A stretch of 64,000 bases of DNA from Hemiscyllium ocellatum (lineage: Eukaryota): positions 62,001 through 126,000 of the forward strand of contig NW_026867443.1 in the NCBI RefSeq assembly GCF_020745735.1. Reading direction: 5' to 3'. The position numbers were made by a program, and so were the translations under genes. Shown one piece after another: positions 24,709 through 36,604 of this stretch. The notes beneath the pieces were generated by a model. It did not search any database, had not been told where the DNA came from, and saw nothing but the letters and a program-made list of their open reading frames with translations. Within the stretch, counting starts at the first letter, position 1; every line of letters starts with the position of its first letter.

Positions 24709-25208
24709 NNNNNNNNNNNNNNNNNNNNNNNNNNNNNNNNNNNNNNNNNNNNNNNNNNNNNNNNNNNNNNNNNNNNNNNNNNNNNNNNNNNNNNNNNNNN
24801 NNNNNNNNNNNNNNNNNNNNNNNNNNNNNNNNNNNNNNNNNNNNNNNNNNNNNNNNNNNNNNNNNNNNNNNNNNNNNNNNNNNNNNNNNNNNNNNNNNNN
24901 NNNNNNNNNNNNNNNNNNNNNNNNNNNNNNNNNNNNNNNNNNNNNNNNNNNNNNNNNNNNNNNNNNNNNNNNNNNNNNNNNNNNNNNNNNNNNNNNNNNN
25001 NNNNNNNNNNNNNNNNNNNNNNNNNNNNNNNNNNNNNNNNNNNNNNNNNNNNNNNNNNNNNNNNNNNNNNNNNNNNNNNNNNNNNNNNNNNNNNNNNNNN
25101 NNNNNNNNNNNNNNNNNNNNNNNNNNNNNNNNNNNNNNNNNNNNNNNNNNNNNNNNNNNNNNNNNNNNNNNNNNNNNNNNNNNNNNNNNNNNNNNNNNNN
25201 NNNNNNNN
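24709..25208. other. Assembly gap (exactly 500 N)
   Basis: Run of N; the round length suggests a placeholder scaffold join. Confidence 0.99.
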
Positions 25209-25754
25209 TTCACTAGAGTAAGTCAGCAAATCAATGACAAGGGAACAGTAAGACCAAAAGAATGGGACTGAACAATATATTCAGTAACACAACAATTAAG
25301 AGGAGGAGGGATGAAGGGCAGGAGGTCAGAGAGCATGCTGTAGGGGCCTGAAGGCTCTGCTGTCAATGGTGGGATGGAGGAAGCAGCAATGGGCAGGAGA
25401 CTAGAGACAGAAGATGGAAAGGGGAGAGGGAAAGTGATCTGCAGCAGGACACAGATTGAGGGAGGAGGGAGGCCATGGAGGCAATTGTTGGCAGTGAGCT
25501 CATTCTTGAACGACTTCAGATGTCAGACAAGGAAGGGACCACTCCATATCAGACAACAATTGGGGTTTATGGAATGTGACTTCAGGAAGCCGGGAGAGGA
25601 CATTGGAATCAATAGTTAGGACAAGCATGAATTAGTGTTTCTGTGGTCAGGGGACTGAAGTCGTGCAGAGACAGACAGTGTTGTTGAGACTGAAATAAGG
25701 GACCTTCATGATGGAGTGGATTTGGGGTTTGCAGCTCAAGTACTGGACAGTCCA

Positions 25755-27395
25755 GTGGGAAGGAGGCCCATGTTTACTGGTCTCTCCTGAAGCATCCAGT
25801 GAGAAGGAGGTCCATGTTTATTGGTGTCTGTTGGAGGTTCCAGTGGGACGGAGGTCCATGTTTACTGGTTCTATGGGAAGGTGGCTCATGTATACATCAT
25901 CATAGAGTCATAGAGGTTTACAGCATGGCATCAGGCCCTTCAGCCCAACTCATCCATGCTTACCAAGTTTCCAAAACTGAACAAATCCCATTTGCCTGTG
26001 TTTGGCCCAAATCTCTCTGAATCCTTCCTATCCATGTTGCTGTAAAAATCTCCTTGAAATGTAGTAACTGTACTCCCCCTCTACCACTTCCTCTGGCAGC
26101 TCATTACACATACACACCAACCTCTGTGTGAAAAGGTTGTCTCTCAGTTTCCTTTTAATCCTTTCCCCCCTCAACTTAAACCTATTCCTTCTAGTACTGG
26201 ATTCTCCTACCCTGGGGAAAAGACTTTGGCTATTTACCTTATCTATGACCCTCATGATTCTATAAACCTATATAAGGTCACCCCTCAATCTCCTGCATTC
26301 CCTGGAAAAAACATCTTGGCATATCCATCCTCGCCTTATAATTCAAACCCTCCAATCTTGGTAACATCCCTGTTAATCTTTCTTTTATTCAAACCAGCGT
26401 AATGACTTCCTTCCTATAGCAGGGTGAGCATAAATGTACACAGTGACCAAATGTGGCCTTACCGATGCCTTGTACAGCTGTAACATGATGTCCCAGCTCC
26501 TGTACTCTCTGCTTTGACCAGTGAAGGTGCACCTGCCAAATACCTTCTTCACCACCCTGTCTACCTGTGACACCATTTTCCAGGAACTATGTACCTGTAC
26601 CCCTCGGTCTCTCTGTTCAACAACACTCCCCATGGCTCTACCATTAATTGTGTAATTCCTGCCCTGGTTTGCCTTACCAAAATGTAACTCCTTCCATTCA
26701 TCAGAATTTCCATCTGGATTTGTTGACCCACTGGCCCAGTTGATGAAGATGACATTGCACTCTTCGATAACCTTCTTCCCTGTCCACGATGCCAACAATT
26801 TTAATGTCAGCCACAAACTTCCTGACCATTCCTGCTATTTTCTCTCCAAATTGTTCATATAAATGACGAACAACAGTGGATCCAGGATCGATTCTTGTGG
26901 CAGATGGCTGGTCACTGGCTTCCAGTCTGAAGAACAACCCTCTCTCACCAGCCTCTGCCTCCTATCATCAAATTTTATATCTAATTGGCTCACTCTCCTT
27001 GGATCCTATGTGATATAATCTTACTGAGCAATCTACCATGAGGAACCTTGTCTAAGGCCTTGCTAAAGTCCAAGTAGACAGAGTGTACTGCTCTACCTTT
27101 ATCAAGGTTTGTGATTACTTCTTCAAAAACTCAAGTCATCTACTTGTCTGAATCGGAAAGTCCAATGAATAGGAGGCCCATGTTTACTGATCTCTCTTGG
27201 AGGATCAAATCAGAAGTAGGCCAATGTTTACTGGTCTCTGTTGGAGATTCCAGCAGGAAGGAGCTCATGTTTACTGGTCTCTTCTGGGAACTTCAGTGGG
27301 AAGGAGGCCCATGTCTCTCTATCGATCAGCCTTGTGAACTAAATTCCATGTTTAGTGGACTCTGTTGGAGAGTCCAGTACGTCATGAACACATGG
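25755..27395 (+). repeat. ~44-bp minisatellite (GGAAGGAGGCCCATGTTTACTGGTCTC core) split in two by a CR1 insertion
   Basis: Core ATG at 25770, 25814, 25858, 25888 and at 27180, 27224, 27267, 27311, 27348. Confidence 0.8.
25895..27150 (-). mobile_element. CR1 LINE 3' portion
   Basis: Minus ORFs ELHFGKANQGRNYT...LYKASVRPHL and LFTQRLVCMCNELPEEVV; (CATAGAGT) tail at ~25900. Confidence 0.88.
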
Positions 27396-29336
27396 TGGGT
27401 ATGTGTTCAGTTCCTTTCTGTTGTAACAGTGTGATGCTCCAGCCCTCATCCCAGTCAAACAGCCTGATTCAGAGACTGATCACGGAAGGGGAAGGAAAGG
27501 GAAAAGGATTGGAACATGTTGTGGATGGACAGGATGGGTCACTGGGTCAGAAATTGTCCTGTCCCTCCAGCTCACACTGATGGCCTGAGGATCTCCTCTC
27601 TCTGCTGGGCCTTCGTGGAATGAGGTTTGTGTCCAAACCAGTCCCCAGTGAGAATAGGGCAACAGAACAGAACTCCCCTTCATTTGACAAGAATCTGTCC
27701 ATCGTCCTGAATGAGGTCAAACCCTGGTCAATGTGAGAAATGGGGAGTTACTCCAGGAAAAGACATGATTTTGGGTCAAGGGTTAACATCCATTAGTGGG
27801 GCAGAGCAGAGGGAGATTTATCCTGAATTCAACTTTCACCACCTTGGACACTGTGAGAAAGATAGAGAAACAAGACAAAGAGAGAGGTAGATGCAAATTG
27901 TGTGTGTGATCGAGCGATAGAAGGAGGGGCATCTGAGACAGTGTGTGATATGTGAAGGGGCCAAGAGAGAGGTAGAGGGAGGTAGACGTGGTGTGATTGA
28001 GGGATAGAGAGAGAGAGAAACAAGATGTGACTGATCAGGATGGATAGAGAAAAAGAGATAGGATGGGTGTGATACCAAGAGTGAAGGGAATCAAGAGAGA
28101 GTGGGTAGGGTTGAGTGTGAGAGAGAGAGACATGAGTATGGTAAGAGACAGAATGACAGAGATGGAGAGAGAGAGACTGTAGATTGGAGTGCAGAGAGGG
28201 AAGGAGAGACAGAGAGAGGAATAGAGAGGGGCAATTAACATTTGGAGGTTTTCAATTGAAGCGAGCAATGGAGCGAGTGATGGTGAGAGAGAAAGATGCA
28301 GAAATAGAGATTATGAGACGGAGTGAGGAAGTGTAAGTTGGAGAGAGTGGCTTTGAGACAGAGTGAGAGAGAAAGAGAGAGAGAGACAGAGACAGAGGGA
28401 CAAGTCCTGGTCACCACATTCTTGGAAGGATGTGATTGTACTTGAGGGGGTGCAGAGATTTACCAGGATGCTGCCTGGGATGGAGGGTCAGCTGTGGGGA
28501 AAGATTGGAATGGTTGGGGTTGTTTTCCATGCAGCAGTGAAGGCTGAGAGGGGACCTGATAGAGGGGGATAAGATTATTCAGGGCAGTGATAGGATGAGT
28601 AGGAAGGCACTTTTTACAAGAGTCAAGGACTCAATAACCAGGGACAGAGATTGAAGGAAAAATAGACATGGACACAAAGAAAGTGCTGCAGGAGTAGGCC
28701 ATTCGGCCCTTTGAGACTGTTCTGTCATTCAGTATGATCATGGCTGATCCTCTCTCTTGAAGTCATCTTCCTACTTTCCCCCCATTCCCTTCATGCTGTT
28801 AAAATGCAAAACAAATATATCTCTCTCTTTCTCTAAAATATATTCAGTTCCTTGTCCTCCATAGCCTTCAGTGGAAGATAATTCCACAGATCGACCATCC
28901 TCTGAGTGAAGAAATGTTTCCTCATCTCAGTCTGAAATGGTCTTCCCCATATCCCCCTGAGACTGTCCCCCCGGTTCCAGACTCCCCAACCAGGGGAAAC
29001 CTCCTCCCTGCCCAGCCCTGTTAGAATATTATACATTTCAATCAGATCCCCTCTTATCCTTCTGAGTCCAGGCCCAATCGAGTTGGAGATTGAGAGAAGG
29101 GTTAGGGAGAAATGTTTTCACCCAGAGGGTGGTGGGAGTCTGGAACTCACTGCCTGAAAGGCTGGTTGAGTCACAAACTCTCGTGACATTGGAGCAGTAT
29201 TTAGATATTCCCTTGTGTTGCTGTAGCCTCCAGGGTAATGGGCCAAGAGCTGGAGGATCATCAGATCTTTGTTTACCAGCACAGACACAATGGGCCAAAT
29301 GGCCTCATTCAGTGCTGTCCACATCAATGATTCTCT

Positions 29337-29372
<36 letters not shown>

Positions 29373-29386
29373 GAAGTGTGAGGGGC

Positions 29387-29468
29387 TGACGTGGCTCTCT
29401 CTGCCTGATGCCATTTACATACTGAGGAACACCCAGTCAGACTCTCACAGGCTGCAGCTTTATAAAGC
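29387..29468 (+). promoter_or_regulatory. V promoter B, identical to promoter A
   Basis: TGACGTGG 29387-94, ATTTACAT 29413-20, TATAAA 29461-66. Confidence 0.72.
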
Positions 29469-29526
29469 AGAGCCCAGTGAAGGGAGAGTTTATCAGGAAC
29501 CAGGCACAGGGACAGGAGCACACACC

Positions 29527-29575
29527 ATGATTTCACACATCCAGCTGATCTGGCCCCTGGCATTCTGTGTCGCAG
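29527..29575 (+). pseudogene. IGKV: Leader exon of cluster B (sequence intact, identical to A)
   Basis: ATGATTTCACAC...GTCGCAG|GTACAA. Confidence 0.92.
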
Positions 29576-29761
29576 GTACAAATCTCTCTCCTTCCACCTT
29601 GAATCTTTAGTTGCTCTCCATTTCACTCCAGTTCCACTGACTTGTGATTGAAGGGAAAATGCTGAAACCAGAGGAATGCTCAGTGTCTCCAACAATCTCT
29701 CATTTGACAGGCTCTTTCTGTGAAAGTTCTGACTTCACTGTGTTTCTCTCTGATCCCTCAG

Positions 29762-30080
29762 GTATCAGTGAGGACATCATCATGACCTAGTCTCCCCCGG
29801 TGCTGTCAGTGGGACTGGGCCAGACTGCAACCATCACCTGTAGGGCCATTAGCAGCTACCTTGCTTGGTACCTCTAGCGAGAAGGTCAGAAACCCTCTCT
29901 CCTGATCTATGCTGCAGCAACTCAACTCACAGGAATCTCCGAGTGATTCACCGGCAGTGGATCAGGGACCAGTTTCACCCTGACAATCAGCAACGTTCAG
30001 AATGAGGATGTCGCTGACTATTACTGTCAGCAGCATTACAGCTGGCCTTACTTTCGGTAAAGGAACCAAGCTCAGACTGA
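29762..30080 (+). pseudogene. IGKV: Pre-joined (germline-joined) VJ pseudogene
   Basis: V runs straight into J (CAGCAGCATTACAGCTGGCCT-TACTTTCGGTAAAGGAACCAAG) with no RSS. Stops TAG 29788-90, TAG 29875-77, TGA 29944-46; 9-nt CDR1 deletion; J out of frame; donor GGAAGT instead of GTAAGT. Confidence 0.96.
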
Positions 30081-31089
30081 GGAAGTAAACCTCAATCCTC
30101 TGTTATTAACCCTTTCAATCTCTAAACACAATTTATAAAACACAAATACTGAATTGTTGAAGTGTTGCAGTGAAGGAAATGTTTGATTGAGGAACACCGC
30201 GTCCCATACGGTGTACATCTGTATTTCGTTAGTCCTATAACCCCATTAAACAGCAAGATATAAGTCAGTAAGTTTTACTCATCGTGTGGAGGAGCTCTGT
30301 CCATTTGCAGCCTGTGGTCCCATTCCTGCAGCATGGAGTGAATTCAATGAGTAGCCTCCTGCCAGTCTCAGTGTGACGGACACGGGCAGAGTTTATGTGA
30401 GTTCTGGCTCCCTGTCCCAGTCTCTGATCTCACTGACCTCAGCAGCAGCAGCAGCAGCAGCAGCACAGTGAGACACCGAGCTCCCACCTCCCCCAGCTTT
30501 AACTCTGCTCAATCACATAATCACAGAATTGTCACATTGCACAAGGAGGCCATTCTGCCCATCCTGTCTGGACTGGCTCTCCGAATGAGCAATTCACTGA
30601 GTGTCATTCTCCTACCTTCTCCCTGTCACCCTGAACATTGTTGCTTTTCAAATATCAGTCTCATTCCCTTCGGAATGTTTTAATTGAAGCTGCCTCCACC
30701 ACACTCTCAGGCAGTGCATTCCACACCTTAACCACCCACTGGCCAAAATGTTGTTCCCCATCTCACTTTTGTGACTTTTCCCAATTGCCTTCAATCTGTG
30801 GTCTCTCGGTCTCAATCCTTTCTCTTGGGAACATTTTCTCCCTATTTACTGTATCCAGGCCCCTCCTGATTTTAATTCCTCCAACAAATCTCCTCTCAGC
30901 CTTCTCCAAAGAAGTCAGTCCCAAATTGTCCAAACTATCTTAATAACTGATGTTCCTCATCCCTGGAATGATCTTTGGGAATATTTTTGCCATTTCTACA
31001 AAATTTCACCTGCTTCCTGAATGATTTACATTATCTATGTCCCTCATGATTTTATAAACCTCTATAAGGTCACTCCTCAGACTCTTACA

Positions 31090-33290
31090 CTAGAGGGAAA
31101 AAAGTCTCAGCTTTTCCAGCTGCTCATAGTCATGGAGTCATACAGTGTGGAAACAGACATTTCAGTCCAACTTGCCTGTGTTAACCAGATATCCTAAATG
31201 ACCTCATCCCATTTGCCAGCATTTGGCTTACATCCTTCTAAACCCTTCCTATCCATGTTCCCATCCCAATGTGTTTTAAATGTTGTAATTTTATCCGCCT
31301 CCAACGCTTTCTCCAGCAGCTCGATCCAGACACACACCACCCTCTGCGTGACAGGTTACCACTCAGGTCCCTTTTGAATCTTTTGCCTCTCACCTTAAAC
31401 CTATGCCCTCTTGTTTTGGACTCCCGTTCCCAAGGAAAAGACCTTGGATATACACCTTGTCCATGCCCTTCATGATTTTCTGCACATCCATAAGGTCACC
31501 TCGAGGCCTTAGATGCTGCAGGGAAAATAGGCCCATTTCTTCAGCCTCTCCCGACAGCGGAAACTCTCCAATTCCTGGCCACATCCTTGTAAATCTTTTC
31601 CGCTGCCTTTTAAGTTTAACAACATCCTTCCTATCTCAGGATGATCAGAATTGTTCACATTATTCCCAAAGTGGCCTCACCAACTGCTGTACCACTGCAA
31701 CATCATGTCCCAACTCCTTTACTCAATGCAGTGACCAATAAAAGTAAGCATACCCAACACCTTCTTCATCTCCCTGTCTACCTGTGACTCCACTGTCAAG
31801 GAATAATGCACCTGCACCTGCACCTTCACCACTCAGTCTCTTTGTTCAGCAACACTCCGCAGGGCCCTACCATTAACCGTAAAAGTCCTGCCTTGGTTTG
31901 GCTTTGAAAAGTACAGCACTCACATTTATCTGAATTAAACTCCATCTGCCATTCCTCAGCCCACTGGCCCAGTTGGTCAAGATCCCATTGTACTCTTAGA
32001 CAGCCTTCTTCACTGGCCACGATGCCACCTGAAAATTCACCTGAACAGACTCTCACAACTCTGGCCCCTCCCTGCCTGTTACACTGCTACTACCCCAGTC
32101 TATATTCAAAAATTAAAGAACCATTTATAATGACTCTATCATGTTTGCAGATATCTGTAAATTCCTTGCATTTGTATTCCTCTGCATCTTTCCCATTGGG
32201 TGGTGATTTGTTGACTGTTCTGAGGATTCTGTGGTCCTTGGTGTTCCTCTCTGTTATTCCCTCCTGGCTCCCACAGCCCTGCCAAGTTAGTTTAAACCCT
32301 CACCAACTGCACTAGTAAATCACCCCAAAGGAACTCAGTCCCAGCTCGGTTCAGGAACAACGCTGCCTGGTCTGTCCAGGTCCCATCTCCCCCAGACCCA
32401 GTCTCAAGGTCCCAAGAATCTAAAGTCCTCCAACTTGGATCGTCTTTCCAGCTTCACATTCACCTGTGTTATCCTCCTGTTCCTATTCTCACTTGGGTGG
32501 GGCACTGGGAGAAATCCGGAGATTCTAACTTTTGAGATCCCAGTGCTAATTCCCTCCAGAGCCCCCTAAATTCTGACTGCAGGACCACATCCCTTTTCTC
32601 CCTCTGTCACAGGGACCATTGTGGACCACGACTGCTGCCTCTTCCCCCTCTCCCCTCAGGGTGGTTTGCAGCCGCTCAGAGACATCCTTGACCCTGGCAC
32701 CAGGGAGACAACACACCATCCTGGATTCCCATCTGCAACTGCAGAAACACCTATCGATTGCCCTCACTCTCGAATCTCCTCTCGCTCTCCCTCTTCCTTG
32801 TACCCCCTGTACAGCTGAGCCCCCCGTGGTGCCATGGGCTTGGCTCTGGCTGCTCTCCCCAGATGAACCATCATTCTCATCAGGATTCTGAACTGAATCC
32901 TGGTTGGAGAGTGCAATGCACTCAGGGGATTCCACTACTAGCTGCCTGGTCCTTTTAGACTGTCTGCTGCTCCCCCATTCCCTCTCTCCCTGCATTCGCT
33001 GAAGCTGCAGAGTGACCACATCTAGAAACGTGCTCTCCACAGAGCTCTCAGCCTCACGGACGCTCCGAACTGACACCAGCTGCTGCTCAAGCTCCGAAAC
33101 CCGGAGTTCCAACTGCTGTCACTGACCACACTTTCTGTTCTCATGGTATTCCAGGAGCTAGGAAGCATTCTGAAGTTCCCACCTAAATGCACACTCTCTT
33201 CACCCTTTGGTTGTCTCTTGGCAAAGTTCTGATGACAAACAGCTCCAGCAGGGCTCACAGTCCAGTGGGTTAAGTGTTCCAGGGTTTTGG
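31090..33290 (-). mobile_element. CR1 LINE, paralog of 11960-15720, internally deleted
   Basis: ORF 32546..33112 (MELRVSELEQQL...VCCLPGARVKDVSERLQ) and WQMEFNSDKC. Confidence 0.88.
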
Positions 33291-33309
33291 GGAAACTCTC
33301 CAGAAGACT

Positions 33310-36290
33310 TTAAGAAATAGGAGCAGAAATCAGCCATTCAGCCCGTTGAATCTGCTCTGCCAGTTGATCTTGGCAGATATGCTTCTCACCCCCATTCTCT
33401 GCTTGATCCACTGGAACGTTCGATCCCCTTAACTATCACAAACTATCTACCTCTGTCTTAAATACACTCAGTGACTTGGCCTCCACTGCCCTCTGTAGCA
33501 ATACATTCCACAGATTCACCACCCTCTGGCTGAAGAAATTCCTCCTCATCTCAGCTCGAAAGGGCCAGCCCTTCATACTGAGGCTGTGCCTTGGTTACCG
33601 ACTCTCTCCTGTTTTTGGAAACATCTTTTTCACATCCACTCTATCCAGGTTGATCAGTATTCAGTAAATTTCAAAAAGATCCCTCCTCATCTTTCTAAAG
33701 TCCATTGAGTACAGACCCAGAGTCCTCAAGCACATCTGATACGATAAGTCCTTCATCACCAAGATCATTGTTGTAAACCCCTCCAATGCCAGCACATTGT
33801 TTCTTAGAATATGGGTCCGAAATCTGCTCACAATATTCCAAATGCAGTCTGACCAGAGCCTTACACTGCCTCAGCAGTACATCTCTGCTCTTGTATTCTG
33901 GCCCTATTGAAATGAATGCTATCATTTCATTTGCCTTCCCAAGCACAAACTGGACCTGCCTGTTAACCTGAAGGGAAACCTGAATGAGGTTCGTGCTTTA
34001 GATTTCCAAAAGATTTTCTTATTTAGAAAATAGTCTTTGCATCTCTTCTTCCTCCCAAAGTGCACACCTTCACACTGTAACACATTGTATTCTATCTGCC
34101 ACTTCTTTGTCCACTCTCCGAGCCTATCCAGGAGCTTTTACATTCTTCCCACTTCCTCAACACTACCTGTCCCTCCACCTATCTCATGTCATCTGCAAAC
34201 TTAGCAACAATGTCTTCACTTCCTCCATCCAGATTGTTAATGTATAACGTGAATAGTTAAGGTCCCAACATTGACCCCTACATGACTCTACCAGTCACCA
34301 ACGGCCATTTTTCCTCACTCTCTGCTTTATGCCAACCTGCCAGTCCTTAGTCCATGCCAGTGCCTCGGCCCTCACACTGTATGCTCTTATCTAATGTCAA
34401 AGGCCTTCTAGAAATCCAAATAGATTACTTCCTTTGACTCTCCTTTGTCTGACTGGCTCATTGCCTCCTCAAAGAATTCTAACAGATTTGCCAGGCATGA
34501 CCTCCCCTTGATGAAGCCGTGTTGACTCAGCCCTAGTTTACAATTGCACCTCCAAATCCTCTGCAATTTCATCCTTAAATTGAAGTCTAAAACCTTACCA
34601 ACAACTGAGTCCAGGCTAACTGGCCTATAATTTCCCATCTTCTCCCTCCTCCCTCCCTTCTTAAACAGGGCTGTTATGTGAGCCACTTTCCAGTCCCTTG
34701 CCCCCATCAGATCCCTGCCCACCACACTGTCATACCCTGACTCCATCGATTCCTGAAAGATCATCTCCAATACCTCCATAATTTACTCAGTGATCTCCTT
34801 CAGAACACACTCATGTAGTTCATCTAGTCTGGGTGAGTTATCCACATTCAACCTTTCAGCTTCGATTCAATTCCTCTGCTATTTCTTCACTTCCTATAAT
34901 ACTTTCTCCAGCCTCATTTTCCAATGTCTATTTTTGCCTTCCTCTTCCTTTTTATACATCTGATAAAACTCGTGCAATCTTCTTTTGTATTACCGGCTAA
35001 CTTACCCCCACATTTCCCCTTCTCCACCTTTAATGCTTTTTTATTTATCCTCTCCAGGTTTTTAAAGGCTTCCTAACCCTCTGGCTTCCCACTTTTCTCT
35101 ACCACATTGTGCATTTTTTTCTTTTGCTTTTATGCTGTCCGTGACTTCCCTCACCAGCCATGGTTGCCTTGTCCTCCCCTTAGTATGTTTCTTCTTTTTT
35201 CGGATGAATTCCTGCTCTGCTTCCTGAATTATGCCCAGAAACCCTGCTGTTTGCTGCCCCACCATCTTACCTGCTTGGCTCCCCTTCCAACCAACTCTGG
35301 TCAACTCCTTCCTCATGTCTTTGTTGTTCCCTTTACTCAACTGAAATACAGATCCATCTGATTGCAGCTTCTCCCTCTCAAACTACAGGGGGAATTCTAT
35401 CATATTATGATCATTTTTCCAGAAGGATACTTTCACCTTCAGCTCATTAATCAAGTTTGCCTCATTCCACATCACTGAATCCAGAACTGCCTGTTCCATA
35501 ATGGCTCAACCGCAAGCTGCTCCAAAACCGATCTTGTAGACATCCATGAAATCCTTTTCTTGAGACGCGCTACCCAGTCCACCTATCCATTGAGGTCTGC
35601 CCTGACATTTTGTATACGGCTTTTCTGTCTCCTGATTGATTTCCTTCTCCACACCCTGATTACTGCTTGGAGATCTGGACATAACTTGCATCAGATTCTT
35701 TATTTCTTGCGGTTCCTCAACTCTACCCACACACATTCTACACCTTTTGACTCTATCTCACTTCTTGCTTTGATTTAATTTAATATCGTACTAACAAGGC
35801 AACTCTTCCCCCTCTGTCCATCTGCCTGTTCTTTTGATGGGACATATATCCTTTGGTATTTAGTTCCCAGCCCGGATCCCCTTACAGCCATGTCTCTGTG
35901 ATACCCACAACATCGTACCTGCCAGTTTCAATCTGCACTACCAGCTCATTGCGTATACTGTGTGCTTTTAAGTCCAACACCTTCAGTCCTGCATTGACTG
36001 CCCTCCTTCTCATCATTATCCTCTTATCTGCTGTGCTTGATGCTCGACTCTTGTTCCTTTCTGTACTCTCTCTCCTGGTATGCCTTCTAGAAACCGAATA
36101 GCCTCTCTTGAGCCCTCCTCCACTTTAACTAGTTTAAATTCCTTGGAAACTCAATTTACCTCGATTTATGGCATCACTTTGTCTGCCTTACTCGGAATGC
36201 TTCGTGCATTTAGATACAAACCCTTTAAGTTTGTTCTATTGTTCATTTTCCCTGCACTTTTATGGTTCCTTTAATATTCAAAAATTCTAT
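33310..36290 (-). mobile_element. CR1 LINE ORF2, paralog of 9160-11935
   Basis: GNYRPVSLDSVVGKVL...SQHGFIKGRSCLANLLEFFEE...IYLDF. Confidence 0.9.
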
Positions 36291-36604
36291 CCCTTCCTTT
36301 TATTTTCTGGTAACAATCAATCCCATCACTAACCAGCAATCCTACCTTCTCCTTTACCTTCCATTTTCTCATTTTCCATCCAACTGAACCAAATTCCTTT
36401 CTCTTTGGGTTGAGTTCAGGACAATATTTATCCTTGGACCAACATCATCAAAAATGCTCTTTGATCTCATTGCTTCTAGTGGGATCTTGCTGTGTAGAAA
36501 TTGGCTGTCCCTTTCCTGACATTGCAACCGTGACTTGTTTTAAAACAAAATGTAAATGTCTTTGGGAGAGCCTGAGGTGTTAGGGGCTCGATTGAAATAC
36601 AATT

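Noticed and set aside
24614-25271. Long ORFs of X residues
   Set aside because: Artefact of the N gap.
25755-27395. Repeat/variable-spacer pattern resembling a CRISPR array
   Set aside because: Vertebrate context, no cas genes, linkers are related to each other and short, and repeats are degenerate: a minisatellite.
29762-30080. Joined VJ as a processed (retro) pseudogene
   Set aside because: Leader intron, promoter and the ~10 kb J-C intron are all retained; there is no polyA tail or TSD.
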